Below are positions 13,456 to 26,072 of a DNA stretch of 34,137 nt, one piece after another. The notes beneath the pieces were generated by a model. It worked only from the letters and a program-made list of their open reading frames with translations, did not search any database and was not told where the DNA came from. A program made the translations under genes and the position numbers. Positions within the stretch are counted from its first letter, which is position 1, and every line of letters begins with the position of its first letter. Source of the DNA: Conidiobolus incongruus B7586 (Eukaryota); NCBI GenBank assembly GCA_000697335.1, contig JNEM01008148.1, positions 1 through 34,137 of the forward strand, given 5' to 3'.

Positions 13456-14391
13456 TTATAGAGTATCTAGTGTAATAGTGCTGCTAAAGTTGTTGATCTT
13501 ATTATATCGACACATTTCATAAAACCGATGCCCTACTTCCTTATTAATTAGCAGGAGTAAAATGGAGTTGATTAATGGATTAGAGTTGATTAAAGCTGTG
13601 GCCACTACGTCGGCAATTTCTGATCTTTTAAGTGAAGTGACAATTTCGTACAACTGCAAGTATGTCTCGAAACTATTAGTTAGCAGATAAACTCCTACAA
13701 TAGCAAAGATTTTGAGAAATGCAATCCTTATAGCACGGTTGAAACCTGGTATTTGGTCGGGGTCAATCACTTTAGTTTTCCTTTTAAGATTTAAAGTGAC
13801 AAAGGCAATCGAGGTGTAAGAAAATATAACTGTTATAATAGACAAACAATTCATAACGAAAACCATGTAAAATATTATTTTACCTTCTGGTAATTCTGAA
13901 GATACAAAACAATAAACTCCTAACACATCCGGATGAATAGAATCGTGAAGAGCGGAATAAATACCAATACCAAAATAGAATACCACTATTGAAGTCATTA
14001 TCGTATACCAAATATAATTAGGTATACGATATTCCAAAACTATATGTGCGAATCTTTCAAAACTAACAAGTGCAAGGAACCAAATAGAGCAAAATGTGGC
14101 ACCTCCAGCAAAGAAATGACCGAGTTTGCAGAATAATGGGTACTGAAATAGAAAATCATGTTTGATCGCTGTTGCGGTTGATTCAATTACAAGTGTTAAA
14201 CAAGTTGCAAAATCTACAAATAATACAATTAAGACAAGACGAATATTTGTTGTTTGGTTATTTTTCAATAATGGCTTCATTGATATATAAATCAATGAAA
14301 TAATTGGTAACCCTAGAATCCCAATTAGCAAGTTCACAAGACTCAAGATTAGAGTATACAACGAATTTTGATGTGAATCGGTGGAACCCAT
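13456..14391 (-). CDS. Class A GPCR-like 7TM receptor, paralog 3 (311 aa, intronless)
   Basis: LFVD, FCK, SFERF, IWY, YCF, FSY, NSNPLINS; closest in sequence to paralog 2. Confidence 0.93.
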   Translation of the reverse strand: MGSTDSHQNSLYTLILSLVNLLIGILGLPIISLIYISMKPLLKNNQTTNIRLVLIVLFVDFATCLTLVIESTATAIKHDFLFQYPLFCKLGHFFAGGATFCSIWFLALVSFERFAHIVLEYRIPNYIWYTIMTSIVVFYFGIGIYSALHDSIHPDVLGVYCFVSSELPEGKIIFYMVFVMNCLSIITVIFSYTSIAFVTLNLKRKTKVIDPDQIPGFNRAIRIAFLKIFAIVGVYLLTNSFETYLQLYEIVTSLKRSEIADVVATALINSNPLINSILLLLINKEVGHRFYEMCRYNKINNFSSTITLDTL

Positions 14392-14457
14392 TCTTCATGC
14401 CAAAAAATTAAAGTCAGAAATTTAATATTTTTTGTTCATTTCCATGAATTTCAAATA

Positions 14458-14578
14458 TATTTATACCATTTGATTGCCATAAGGAACATTACTCATTATG
14501 ATTCATTTAAACAGGTAAAATTTATAATTAATTTCAGGAATAATCTGGCCAAAAGTCATATCATCAAAGAATTGCGCC
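14458..14578 (-). promoter_or_regulatory. Promoter module of paralog 3: TATA (14458-14465), eroded CCAAT position (~14525-14534), GGCGCA (14573-14578)
   Basis: TATAAATA 67 nt from the ATG. The plus-strand block aatctggc...tgcgcctcaaa is shared with paralog 2. Confidence 0.6.
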
Positions 14579-17500
14579 TCAAATCATGACTCGCTTCATC
14601 CAAGTTTATGTTTAACTAAAAATAATGCAATTTCAATTTGATGGCAAAATTTTTAATAATCAGCAAATAAAATAAAATATATATTCAGTCAAATGAAATT
14701 TTGATATCTAAACTTATAAAATTTTATATCAATTTAAAAATTGGTTTTAATAATTGAAAATTTTCATTTATAGAATAATAGTCACTCAAGCGACAATCTA
14801 TTGAGGAGTTTTCTATGTAATATCCACGTGATGTTTTGATCACTGGATTGGTTTTGTCCCACTTGACAGGTAAAATTGTGCTAAACTGTCCATTGCTTAT
14901 TCTCTATTTCCGGAATTTTTTTTGAATGATTAGCTAATTAGCCTATAAATTATCGAATTATTCCTAATATCAATATCAAATAGATCATTTAACAACTAAT
15001 AATTTATGAGATATGCTATCAAACCCAAATTAAAGCTCTATTTATCATTAATTATATATGATACCTTGGGATTACCCTTCTTGTATAATTTTATATTTGT
15101 ATCAGATTAATTTCCTTTTATAACATTGGAAAAAAATTTTAGACTTGGATTTGATTTAAATGGTTAAAATCTTTTAACTGATTTCTATTCAACTATCAAA
15201 GTATTTTTGATAACTTAATTATTTTGGAAACTTGATAAAAAATTTTCAAAAAACTATTCTTTTCAAATTCAAATTAATGCATCATATAATGATTATTCAA
15301 AAAACCATATTTACCCTATTCTTATATATTTCTCTGATATTTCCGTCTCAATACAAAATTTTTAAAATTATAAAATATATATTTAAATTAATACTACATT
15401 GGATTATTAGTAATTATTATATAATTTGATAACTGTGTTGAAAAATTATTTAAAAATATACAATTCTGAGAGTATTTTTTTAATCAAATGAACAGAGTAT
15501 AAATCCAAAATGAAATAATTAATAAAGAATTTTATATCTAAACTAGTTATAGCATTTACTAATCGGATTAATGGATTCAATTTTTTATCAAAAATATATA
15601 TATTTATATCACCAACTCAGATTGTCAATTTAACTCCTCGAAACTGATAAGAAATTCCACAGAATTTTACAAATAATAAACTAAAATTGTTTATTGATTT
15701 TAAGGATATATAAATTCTCTAATTCTATTTAATAAAATATAGTATACCGTGTATAGGTCGCATTGTATCAAATGTCTGATATCTGAATTACTTCAAATAT
15801 TATATTTCTGATTTTTCGCCAATTCCGATTTGAATTGATAAGGTAACAAATAATAAAAAGAATAAATAGACTGGATAAAATATTTGTAATACAAACCATA
15901 ACCTGACTAGATAGTACGCATTAATAACAGAATGGTAATGTGATTGTTGTTATATATCAAGAGAATCTGCTAATTTCAATATTATTCACGGGTCACAAAA
16001 ATCATATTTATAAAAATTCATTATTATTAGATACAATTTCAAGTATATATTTCAAATTATGTTGAAGGATTCTTAATAGATTATTCAAATATTGATTAAT
16101 GACATTTTAACTCAATTTCATATTGTCTTATATATTTATTAATACTTTGAAACCTTCCTAAACATTTTATAATATCTGTATTCTTTTTTTGAAATTTTAC
16201 ATTGTTTGTATTAAAAACAATGTAGAAAATATTTCATTCAAATTTCAACAGCTACTATGAAAAATTTCAATTTACCCGTTCCGAAATATCTGAAATTAGT
16301 GGTTCGTCCAATAGATTATTAATTTCATATATTTGTTGATGAATTTAGGAAAGATCTGTTATTTATATGAAAACTTTAAACGTTATACTATTCAATTATT
16401 ATATATTTTATACCTATTTTAAATTATATAATGATCTTTTTAATTAAAATTCAAAACTGCATTTTGAAATTCCAATATTTTACACTAAAATAATCTGTTG
16501 TTTAATCATTATTTAGTCGTATTGGATTCCGTATAACATATATCTATTTCATTCATATGCACTATTATTTCACTAAATGACATTTTGATTTACAAATCTT
16601 GAATTATTAATACCAGTTCAATGCTCTTATAATAATTTTTATTTTTGTATCCATCTATATAATTGGATATATGACATTAATATACATTGACTCTAAATCA
16701 CAATTATCTAATTTAATTACTGGATATTATTCATGAAGCTTATACATTTTTTATTAATTAATAATTATACACCATACTATTATAATGCCTTCCACAATGC
16801 AATTGATTTTTTGAAATTTAAACGCAGTCGATACTGTAATATTATTTATATATCATTTCAAGTATTATTTTTGCAGATAATTTTAAATATTTTCATCAAG
16901 CCACATTCAAGTTATAAATGATCATTGTGTACTTTCGAAATATAAATATATAGTTTAACAAATTAATTATAAAAGTTATAGTGGTATATTAAAATGTTTC
17001 TAATATATATCGGTATAATGCTATGATTGAAATTTTTTGAGATTTATATATATTATAAATTATTAAATATATAAATATATATTTAATGGTTTAAAATTAT
17101 TTTATAAGAACTTGGAGAATTTTTTTTATTCTAAATCGTAAAGCTAAAATATTAAGTAGCATTATGATTCAATAAAAAAAATTAACAATATTAATATATA
17201 TTTAAGATTACTAGATTTTAGAATTTGTATATATAATTAATTGATTTAAAATTCCAGTTCAAAATTGGGATGAAAAAAATATTATCTTAAAAATTTTCAA
17301 AAATGTCTGATATAATCTTTCACATTTTGATTAATAAATAATACATAAACAATATAATAGCGAGATTAATGATGTGTAAATCACTCTAATTATTTCATCA
17401 TATGTTAAATTTTATATAAAATAGATCTGAAAAAATATATTATATGGTTTAATAATGAATGAATATATGAGTAAATGCATGTACACAAATATATACCTTG

Positions 17501-18420
17501 AGAAAATGTTAAATTTTCTTTTCACCTATTAAATCATTTGAAAAATGTTATTTTATTCATAATTTAATATTAGTTAAATTTATTATATATCATAAATATT
17601 AATATTTTATTTATCTCTCTTATATAATATATGATAAATTTGTAAATCCGATTAGCAATGTAATTTAAATTCGTTTCACTACTGAAATCAGTTAAAGTGT
17701 TAGAATAATTGATAATTCACTTAGATTCAATATTGGATGTGATATAAAAGAGCATAATAAAGTATATTAATAAATTCTCATAGTAATATAAATACCTGCT
17801 GAAATCATATATTTCTTATGATTTTTATATAAAGTTTTGGATGATGAATGTTATAGATATATGATTAAAATTCTAAGGTTTTTGCTTACATATACCATTA
17901 TTAGTTAATCTCCATAGATGAATTTCAATATATTGGTTCAAAGTGATATCTTATATGAATGGCAATTGATTGAAATCACACCATTTATATATAGATTTGG
18001 TAGATTTGAATTATATAAAATTAAAAGTGACTATTTTATTTTTAAATATTTTCTATTCCACTTTACAAATTAATATTGATAAGTTTAGCCAAATTTTAAT
18101 TAAATAGTGATATATATATCTGCATCTAAATTTACATAAATATAATATATTTATTTCAATGATAATATAAAATTTGCATATTTATAGTAAGAATGTATAT
18201 CATTTATTTAAACTTAACTCTTAATTTTACTTAAAATCATTATATTGTGGCATAGAATATGAAAATTAGATTAATTAATCAAGATTACCACAATATAAAA
18301 ATAATTACTGTTATTTTTGAAATATTTAAATAATAGTATTTTTATTTGATAGCATCAAAGTTCGATTATTCAAATTCCCAAATAAAATACAAAATCATTT
18401 ATTATTAAATTAAATTCATA

Positions 18421-19314
18421 TTAATAATTTAAGAATCTTTGATAAAACTGATATCCCACTTCCTTATTAATTAATAGCAATAATAGAGAATTGATCAAAG
18501 GATTAGAATTTGTTAACGATGCAGCGACTAAGTCAGCAATTGGTGATCTATTGAGCTTCGTGATTAGTTCATACAGTTCTAAATATGTCTCAAAACTATT
18601 CGTTAAGAGATAAAAAGCTAGAATTGCAAAGACCTTAACAAATGCAAGAGATATAACACGATTGAATTCTTTAATTTGTTGTGGATTGACCATTTTTGCC
18701 TTTTTCTTGACCTTTAACGTTATAAATGCAATTGATATATATGAAAATATCACGGTTAATATAGATACACAATTCATGAAACATACCATAAATAAGATTA
18801 ATTGACCTTCTGGATGTTCTGGAGATACGAAACAATAGATTCCCAAAGAAACCGGTGCAATAGAATCCTTAAAAACACTATAAATCCCTGTAGCAATGTA
18901 GAAGAGTATAATTGAAGTCATTAGCGTGTACCACACAATATTTGGTACATAATATTCCCAAACGATATGCGTAAACCTTTCAAAGCTAACAATTGCAAGA
19001 AACCAAATAGAGCAGAAAGTTGAACCTCCAGCAAAGAAATGGCCAAGTCTGCAGAATAGTTTATATTGGAACAAAAAATCAGGTTTGATTAATGTTGTAA
19101 TTGATCCAATTACCAAAGTCCATAGCGTTACAAAATCTACTAGTAATACAATTAAAACAAGGCGAATATTTGTAGCCGAATTGATTTTCAATATTGGTTT
19201 CAATGAAATAAAAATTAAAACAATTATTGGTAACCCTAGAATTCCGATTAACAAATTAACAAGACTCAAGACCAAAGTATATAGGGGGTGTGACAGAACT
19301 TCAAAAGATTCCAT
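18421..19314 (-). CDS. Class A GPCR-like 7TM receptor, paralog 4 (297 aa, intronless)
   Basis: LLVD, FCR, SFERF, VWY, YCF, FSY, NSNPLINS; start context aaaaATGg. Confidence 0.93.
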   Translation of the reverse strand: MESFEVLSHPLYTLVLSLVNLLIGILGLPIIVLIFISLKPILKINSATNIRLVLIVLLVDFVTLWTLVIGSITTLIKPDFLFQYKLFCRLGHFFAGGSTFCSIWFLAIVSFERFTHIVWEYYVPNIVWYTLMTSIILFYIATGIYSVFKDSIAPVSLGIYCFVSPEHPEGQLILFMVCFMNCVSILTVIFSYISIAFITLKVKKKAKMVNPQQIKEFNRVISLAFVKVFAILAFYLLTNSFETYLELYELITKLNRSPIADLVAASLTNSNPLINSLLLLLINKEVGYQFYQRFLNY

Positions 19315-19394
19315 TTTTCATAATATATTTAACACTATATTCCACCTTAGAAAATATAACTTTAACTTTTATTAATGATGATGAATATCAAAAT

Positions 19395-19513
19395 TATTTA
19401 TATTACACCCTTGTATCACCGTAAAATAATTTCTAATATAATTTATGAGAAATGTGACGGGTGATTGGTTTGATAAACCAGTTGGCAAAATTAAACTATC
19501 ATATAAATGCGCC
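19395..19513 (-). promoter_or_regulatory. Promoter module of paralog 4: TATA (19395-19402), CCAAT (19462-19471), GGCGCA (19508-19513)
   Basis: TATAAATA 81 nt from the ATG; AAACCAATCA 60 nt and GGCGCA 106 nt upstream of TATA. Confidence 0.65.
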
Positions 19514-22057
19514 AGGATTTATTAATTTATTTGTGTAAGTTTATTTATTAAAAAACACAATGTAATGGATAATAAATAAAAACTTAGTAAAAAATTTAAT
19601 ATAGTTAAAATATTGATAACTAAGAATTCATTATCATATTCATTAAATTAATATTTTTATATGAATACATAATAAAACTGAAAAAACTGAATGTTTGAAT
19701 GTAAATATATGCTTAGTTCGAAAGCGAACAATAAAACTATCCTTACGTATACAGGATATAATTTACCGAGGCGCTTTGATTTCAAAAGACATGTGATGGC
19801 ATCTTGATTGCTGCTTATATATAATCATGTGGCTCTTAATTATTTTATTCATTTAATTGATTAAACATCCATTTCGGTTTGATAGATTAATTTAATCTAG
19901 CATCTATGGTTCTCTACTCATTAATTTAATAGCCCAATAGCAAAATATTAATTTTCATAATACATTTTAATGGTTTAATTATACATCCATGGTTGCTTTA
20001 GTATTTTTAATATTCCACAGGATAAAAATATTTAACTAAAAATAATTTAAAAACTAAGGTATTTTTTTCTTTATTCACTAATTAAGTATTAAAATGCTGG
20101 AATGAAAATATGATATAGCTATATCTGGTTAGTATGAAAAATTTAGTTGTACCATATAATTAACTGTAATGTTTGAATTATTCAGTTGCTTATTATTTAA
20201 TTTATTTCAAATGAAAATACTACTATTCTATAAAATATTTTTGTGATTTATTTTTCACAATTTAATTATTATTGGAAATTTTATATCCAACTTATAGGGT
20301 ATTTAATGATATAAAATGATTAATGCTCATATATGTATTAGAAAATATTATCAAAAACCACTATATGATATATCGATAGTCATTCTTGATAAAATAACAT
20401 TTATAGTTGTACATGAAAGTGTATTGTATTTTATCATCCAAATATAAAGATATAAAATTAAAATCCATCTAGTTAATTTTCACAAATTAAGTAAACTATG
20501 ATATAATCAAGATACTCATTATCAAAACTGAATCAATATTTGATAATTATCAAGTAATTATTATATAAAATATAATTTTAGGTTCAATATTTTAAAAATG
20601 CTTTATCTTTTTCAGATCTATTTTAATTCAAAAATGTATAATCTTCCTAATCATTTTTTATGTATAATATTAAACTTTTGTTAGATGTGTTGTTTTCAAG
20701 AAATTTTTAAATATATATATATATTGAATAGTATAATAGTTAAAGGATTGAAAACATTCGTCTAATATACTAATTAAATATTACATTTTATAATCAACAA
20801 CTTCAATATATTTATTACATTTTTAATTTGCAATAGAATAATTGAATATATCAAAAAATTATATTGATATTTATAAAACATCAACATTATTCAAGAGTTT
20901 TTAAAGTCCCTTTGAAGTTTGATCTATTACAAAGTATCTTTAAAATATTTTAAAAGGATTTTGTGCAGATATTATTTGATTTCATTTAATGGATCATATA
21001 CCTAACAATATTAATACATCTTTTAATTGCTAATTAATTTTAAGAATTTTTCAAATTTTTAAACTAATAGAGCATCTATCGTTCTTTTACCTTAACTCAG
21101 ATTTTGATTTTGAATTTAAGCTATAGAAAAATTATATTTTTAGTCATCCTTTTAGTAGTATTATCTATTAACATGTATTTATATATTATTCAAAATAATA
21201 TACAATAACAATTATTTTTATTATTGTTTAATAGTTTAGCTACAGCTAACAATATTAGAATATCAAATAGTTAGGAAATATTATAAGCCAATTTATAAAA
21301 AATATATTCCTCAGTATTTTATATTATCATGATTAAATTTAAATTCAATATGGTTTACTAAATATTAATCTGGTGGTTAACTTTCAAAATAAAAATATTT
21401 AATAATAAGAATAGCAAAAACTAAATCTGAATTTGAGTATATTTTGAATAGATAATATGTTTTTGTAATAAATTCTTTAATAAAACATTTTCATTACTAT
21501 AAAGAATGATATTGGAGAAAATTCACATGGTTTAAAATTAATAACAATGTCATTTTTCGAGTAACAAGTCAATTTTTTAGTTTCTGAGATAATTAAAATT
21601 GAATTAATTTGATTGTGTATATTATTTATATTACTTATACATTTAATATAAACCAAATAGCAAATATTAATTGCACAAATTTTACATTACAAAACTATCC
21701 TGGGAAATAATGATATTGTATAGGATATATAGTTTGTATACTTGAAATTTAAATCATTTTAATTCCACCTTATAATTAAATAATTTTTGAATCACATAAT
21801 TTTAATATTTGAAATATAATAAGAATATAATTGATGATATTGTGTTTATGAAAAACATGAAATTTTAAATTATATTTGAGTCATTATCATTATCAATAAA
21901 TATTGAAGAATAAATTTAACATAATGATTATTTTATAAATTATTTGCTTAATTCATAATACAATATTAGGATATCGGCTATTGGAAAGTTATATTATTCA
22001 TTTGTTATTAAAAAGGATGGTGAAAATATATAAAATATTCATTTATATTTTCTTGCT

Positions 22058-22952
22058 TCATTTAAAATATTGGCTCCAAAACCATTCGCAAAAACGTAAT
22101 CCTACATCCTTATTAAGAGGAGCATGATTTAGTTGACCAATGGACTAAAATCTTGCATTACAACAGCTACCAAATCAGTATGTGGAGGCCTAATAACTTG
22201 AGTGATAAGTTCGTAGGATCCCAAATACACCTTCAAACTATTGGTAATTAAAAAATAACAGAATTGCAAATATTTCTACATATGCACGGGAAATAGCACC
22301 ATTAAATTCTTTGTGAATTGATCACTAGAATTGTCCCCTCCTTGACTTTTATGGTATAAAATGTAATGGTCGATGATAATATTGGGGTGATAATAGATCA
22401 CACATCCATAAAACAAGTTAAAGATATTATAACTTGATTTTCGGAATATTTTGGAGATCGAAAACAATACGTTTCAAGCGGTGCAACTATAACTGAATTA
22501 GCAACAAAGTTATAAACTCCTGTACAAATTTAGAAAACCATCATAGAGCTTATTGTAGTATAATATACAATATTTGGTATAGAATACACTCAAATGATAT
22601 GCATATAACTGTCAAAACTTATCATTGCTAGGGATCAGATTGAACACAAGGTAAATTCTCTAGCAAATAATAACACATAATAACAAAGATCACAAAATAT
22701 ATAAATATTCAAATAAAAAATTATTTTTAATTTGTGTTTCATTAAATTACAATCGCACAACACGTTGCAAAATCAATTATCAATACGACTAGAAGGAGAC
22801 GAATGTTTGTGTATAGTTGTAACTATGTATTGACCTCACAGTGATTAATGAGAATATAATTATATTTGCACACCCACCACCCTAATTAATAAATTCAATA
22901 AAATTAATATTCGATTGTATTGCTCATAAAGTATATCATCAGTATTCCCCAT
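22058..22952 (-). pseudogene. Pseudogene of the same GPCR family (7th copy)
   Basis: Manual minus-strand translation across stops and frameshifts: MGNTDDILYEQYNRILILLNLLIRVVGVQI*...TNIRLLLVVLIIDFATCCAIVI*...FTLCSI*SLAMISFDSYMHII*VYSIPNIVYY...SVIVAPLETYCFRSP...KEFNGAISRAYVEIFAI...LITNSLKVYLGSYELITQVIRPPHTDLVAVVMQDFSPLVN*IMLLL..NKDVGLRFCEWF. It is colinear with the intact paralogs over the full length. Confidence 0.92.
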
Positions 22953-23024
22953 TTTTGATGATGTATTGAAATCAATCAAACAAATCCACTGTTATCAAAG
23001 TTTTAATATAATCGCTATCAGTGA

Positions 23025-23032
23025 TATTTATG
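23025..23032 (-). promoter_or_regulatory. Degenerate TATA box of the pseudogene (CATAAATA)
   Basis: One mismatch to TATAAATA, 73 nt from the ATG at 22952; same spacing as paralogs 1 and 5. Confidence 0.5.
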
Positions 23033-25098
23033 TATAGACAAAAAGAGTTGAAACCAATTCTCATTAATGAAAGGTTTGGTATCATTAGTTAAATGTGAGA
23101 ACTGGAAAGTAAGGCGCTATGCTCACTATATACACTCTTTTAACAACTGATAGTTCAAAATTATAGAATTCGATTTCCAAATCATCCAATAGTATTACCT
23201 TGACTACCATCAGTTTAGTTGAACTAAGCTTAACTATTGAATTATCATTTTAGTCTATCTCCTATTCACATTATCTAAATTATCTAATATTGTTGATATC
23301 CAGTTAATTTCTGATGTTTAAATTTTCAAGTAATTAAATAATATCATAAATTTATAATACATAATTTCCTAAGATTGACAAATAAATTTAATTTATCTTA
23401 AAAATTATGATATGATTATTAAAATTCAGAAATATAATAAAACTCTTTATAAAAGTTTTAATTAAACAATTATTTGAAGAAAATATCAAAAATATTAATT
23501 TTGATAGCACAATATATAATTAATATCCAACTTAAAGAATTAATTCAAATAAACTTGAATATACATTCTAAAAATTAATATAATTTTATATATCAAATTC
23601 ACAATTGCAGTCAGATCATTTAATGAAATCAAAAATTAAATTAATTAGTTATAATATTATAAAGTATATTGAAAAAAATTCCTTTATTATATCATAATGT
23701 ATTAAAATATACCTTACGATTAGATATAGAATATAATATTTCAGATTATTAAACTAACAATAGCCTCAGTAACTGTTCATGAGTTTTTGTAAAGAATTAC
23801 CATTTGATATAGAATTTAGAACTTAAGTTTTTAATAATGTAATATTCCATAAATGAATGGATTAATATCAAATATTTTATATATTATTTAATCATTTATA
23901 GTAGCAATTTTAATTTAAGATATACAATTCAATTAGAATTCATTGAAATTGTTATAAAATATAGAGAATATATATAATTAGTCTGTAAAAAGATTAGTTA
24001 ATATTATGATCATAGAATGCGTAATGTTCAATATTTTTTATTTTATTTATATTGATTCAAAATTTTTGTATTCATCATATAGCATATTCAAAACTTATAG
24101 AAACTTTATATTACTTCCATTTTATATCTATAAAGATCAATATATATCAAATACTAATTTAAATTATAATTATAAATAAAATGTTTTAAATAATAATTTA
24201 TCAAAACCATTAATCTTATTTGTTATATTTTTGATATTTTATTCATTATTTTCAAATTTCAATATGATTTAATTATAATATTTTCTGTTTTTTAATCCAT
24301 TAGTATAATTCAATATAAATAATTATTTTAAAGTTAAAAAATTAAATTTTTATCAAAAAATAAATAACCGGCTATTTATCTCAATAAATAGATAAATGAT
24401 AAATCGAAATTGGAAAATATTATAAATCTTTTCTATTATTATATCTCTAGATTAGGGTGTATATATATTTATTATCGTTAATTAATTAAAAAAGTAAAAT
24501 AGTTATAAAAATATATGAACTTTAATGATATATTAAGAGTTATAATATATTAATATTTTGGAAAATACGATACTATATTAATTTCCAATTAAATTATTTA
24601 AAAATTCTATTTTATTATATTAAAAATGTGAGATTTTGTATATTAATAACCTTTATTTAATTAATAAAAATTATAAAAACTATTTAAATTCTCGTGTTAA
24701 TAATGAATTAAATGGCCTTCAATAAAATTAGCTTAATATAAACATATATATCATATAACTGATATTGAAATATTTCAAATTCTCAATATTAAATCTATAA
24801 TTTAATATTTGATATATCAAAATAATATAATAAAATATATTGTAAATAATTTTAATTTGTATTAACATAATTTAAATTTAGTATTTACCTAAAATTATTT
24901 TTGATCTTGTTATTAATAAAACAAATGTATAATAGAAGTTAAAAAGTAATTAATAATCAATTTTGGTAATTAATGTGAAAAGTAAATTTAAAATAAAGAT
25001 ATGAATATTTTAAAAAAGATATAACTTATAGCGGATATAATTATTCAAATTTTTTTATAATTTATTAAATTAGGTATATAATGATCTATTGATTAGAA

Positions 25099-25992
25099 TT
25101 AATGAATTCTAAACCACTGTGAAAATCGATTCCCTACTTCCTTATTAATTAGAAGTAACAATATTGAATTAATCAATGGATTAAAATTTTGCATCGCTGC
25201 AGCAATCAAATCATTCATTGGGGACCTATTGGATTTAGTTATAAATTCATATACTTCCAAGTAAGTTTCAAAGGTATTGGTAATTAAATATATAATTAAA
25301 ATAGCAAACATTTTAATGAATGCTGTAGTCAAAGTTTTTTGGAAAAATTTTACATCTTCACTGTCTGAAGTAGTAGATCTCTTTTTGATTTTCATAGTTG
25401 TAATTGCGATAGATATATAAGAGAATGTCACGGTGATAATAGATATGACATTCATGATCATAATCACAAAGAATATAAATTGACCTTCGGGACTGTGTGG
25501 AGGTAAAAAGCAGTAGGTTCCAAGTGGTACAACAATGATAGAATCGACAATGGCACTATAAATACCTGTACCAATATAGAAAGTGAGTAACAAAGCCATA
25601 ATGCTGTACCAAACAATATTTGGAATATAGTATTCCCAAACGAAATGCAAATATCTCTCGAAACTAATAATCGCAAGGAACCATACCGAACAAAATGTAG
25701 GTCCCCCGAGCAAGAAGTAACCTAGTTTACAGAATATTGGGAAATCCGACAAAAATTTCGGGTTGATTAATGTGAGAATAGATCCTATGACCAACATGCA
25801 ACAAGCTGTCAAGTCAACCAGCAATACAATCAGCACCAACCGAATATTTGTGGTTGTATTCCGCTTCAAAATCGCTCGTGCTGATAATAAAATGACTGTG
25901 ATGATTGGCAAACCCACCAAACCAATAAACAAATTAATAATACTTAGAATTTTATTGTATTCTATATAGGATTCATCTTCACTTACTCCCAT
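25099..25992 (-). CDS. Class A GPCR-like 7TM receptor, paralog 5 (297 aa, intronless)
   Basis: LLVD, FCK, SFERY, VWY, YCF, FSY, MQNFNPLINS. The first in-frame ATG is at 25992 (MGVSE); the ORF track start at 26013 is a TTG. Confidence 0.92.
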   Translation of the reverse strand: MGVSEDESYIEYNKILSIINLFIGLVGLPIITVILLSARAILKRNTTTNIRLVLIVLLVDLTACCMLVIGSILTLINPKFLSDFPIFCKLGYFLLGGPTFCSVWFLAIISFERYLHFVWEYYIPNIVWYSIMALLLTFYIGTGIYSAIVDSIIVVPLGTYCFLPPHSPEGQFIFFVIMIMNVISIITVTFSYISIAITTMKIKKRSTTSDSEDVKFFQKTLTTAFIKMFAILIIYLITNTFETYLEVYEFITKSNRSPMNDLIAAAMQNFNPLINSILLLLINKEVGNRFSQWFRIH

Positions 25993-26064
25993 ATCTATTT
26001 TTTTTATTACCAAACGATTTAATAAATTATTTTAACAAAACTATTCTTATTATTACTCCGCAGC

Positions 26065-26072
26065 TATTTATA
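26065..26072 (-). promoter_or_regulatory. TATA box of paralog 5
   Basis: TATAAATA 73 nt from the ATG at 25992. Confidence 0.7.

Noticed and set aside
20580..21180. Possible decayed minus-strand gene
   Set aside because: Only short protein-like fragments with many stops in all frames; no family recognisable.
22276..22467. 63-aa ORF as an independent gene
   Set aside because: It is an alternative frame inside the GPCR pseudogene.
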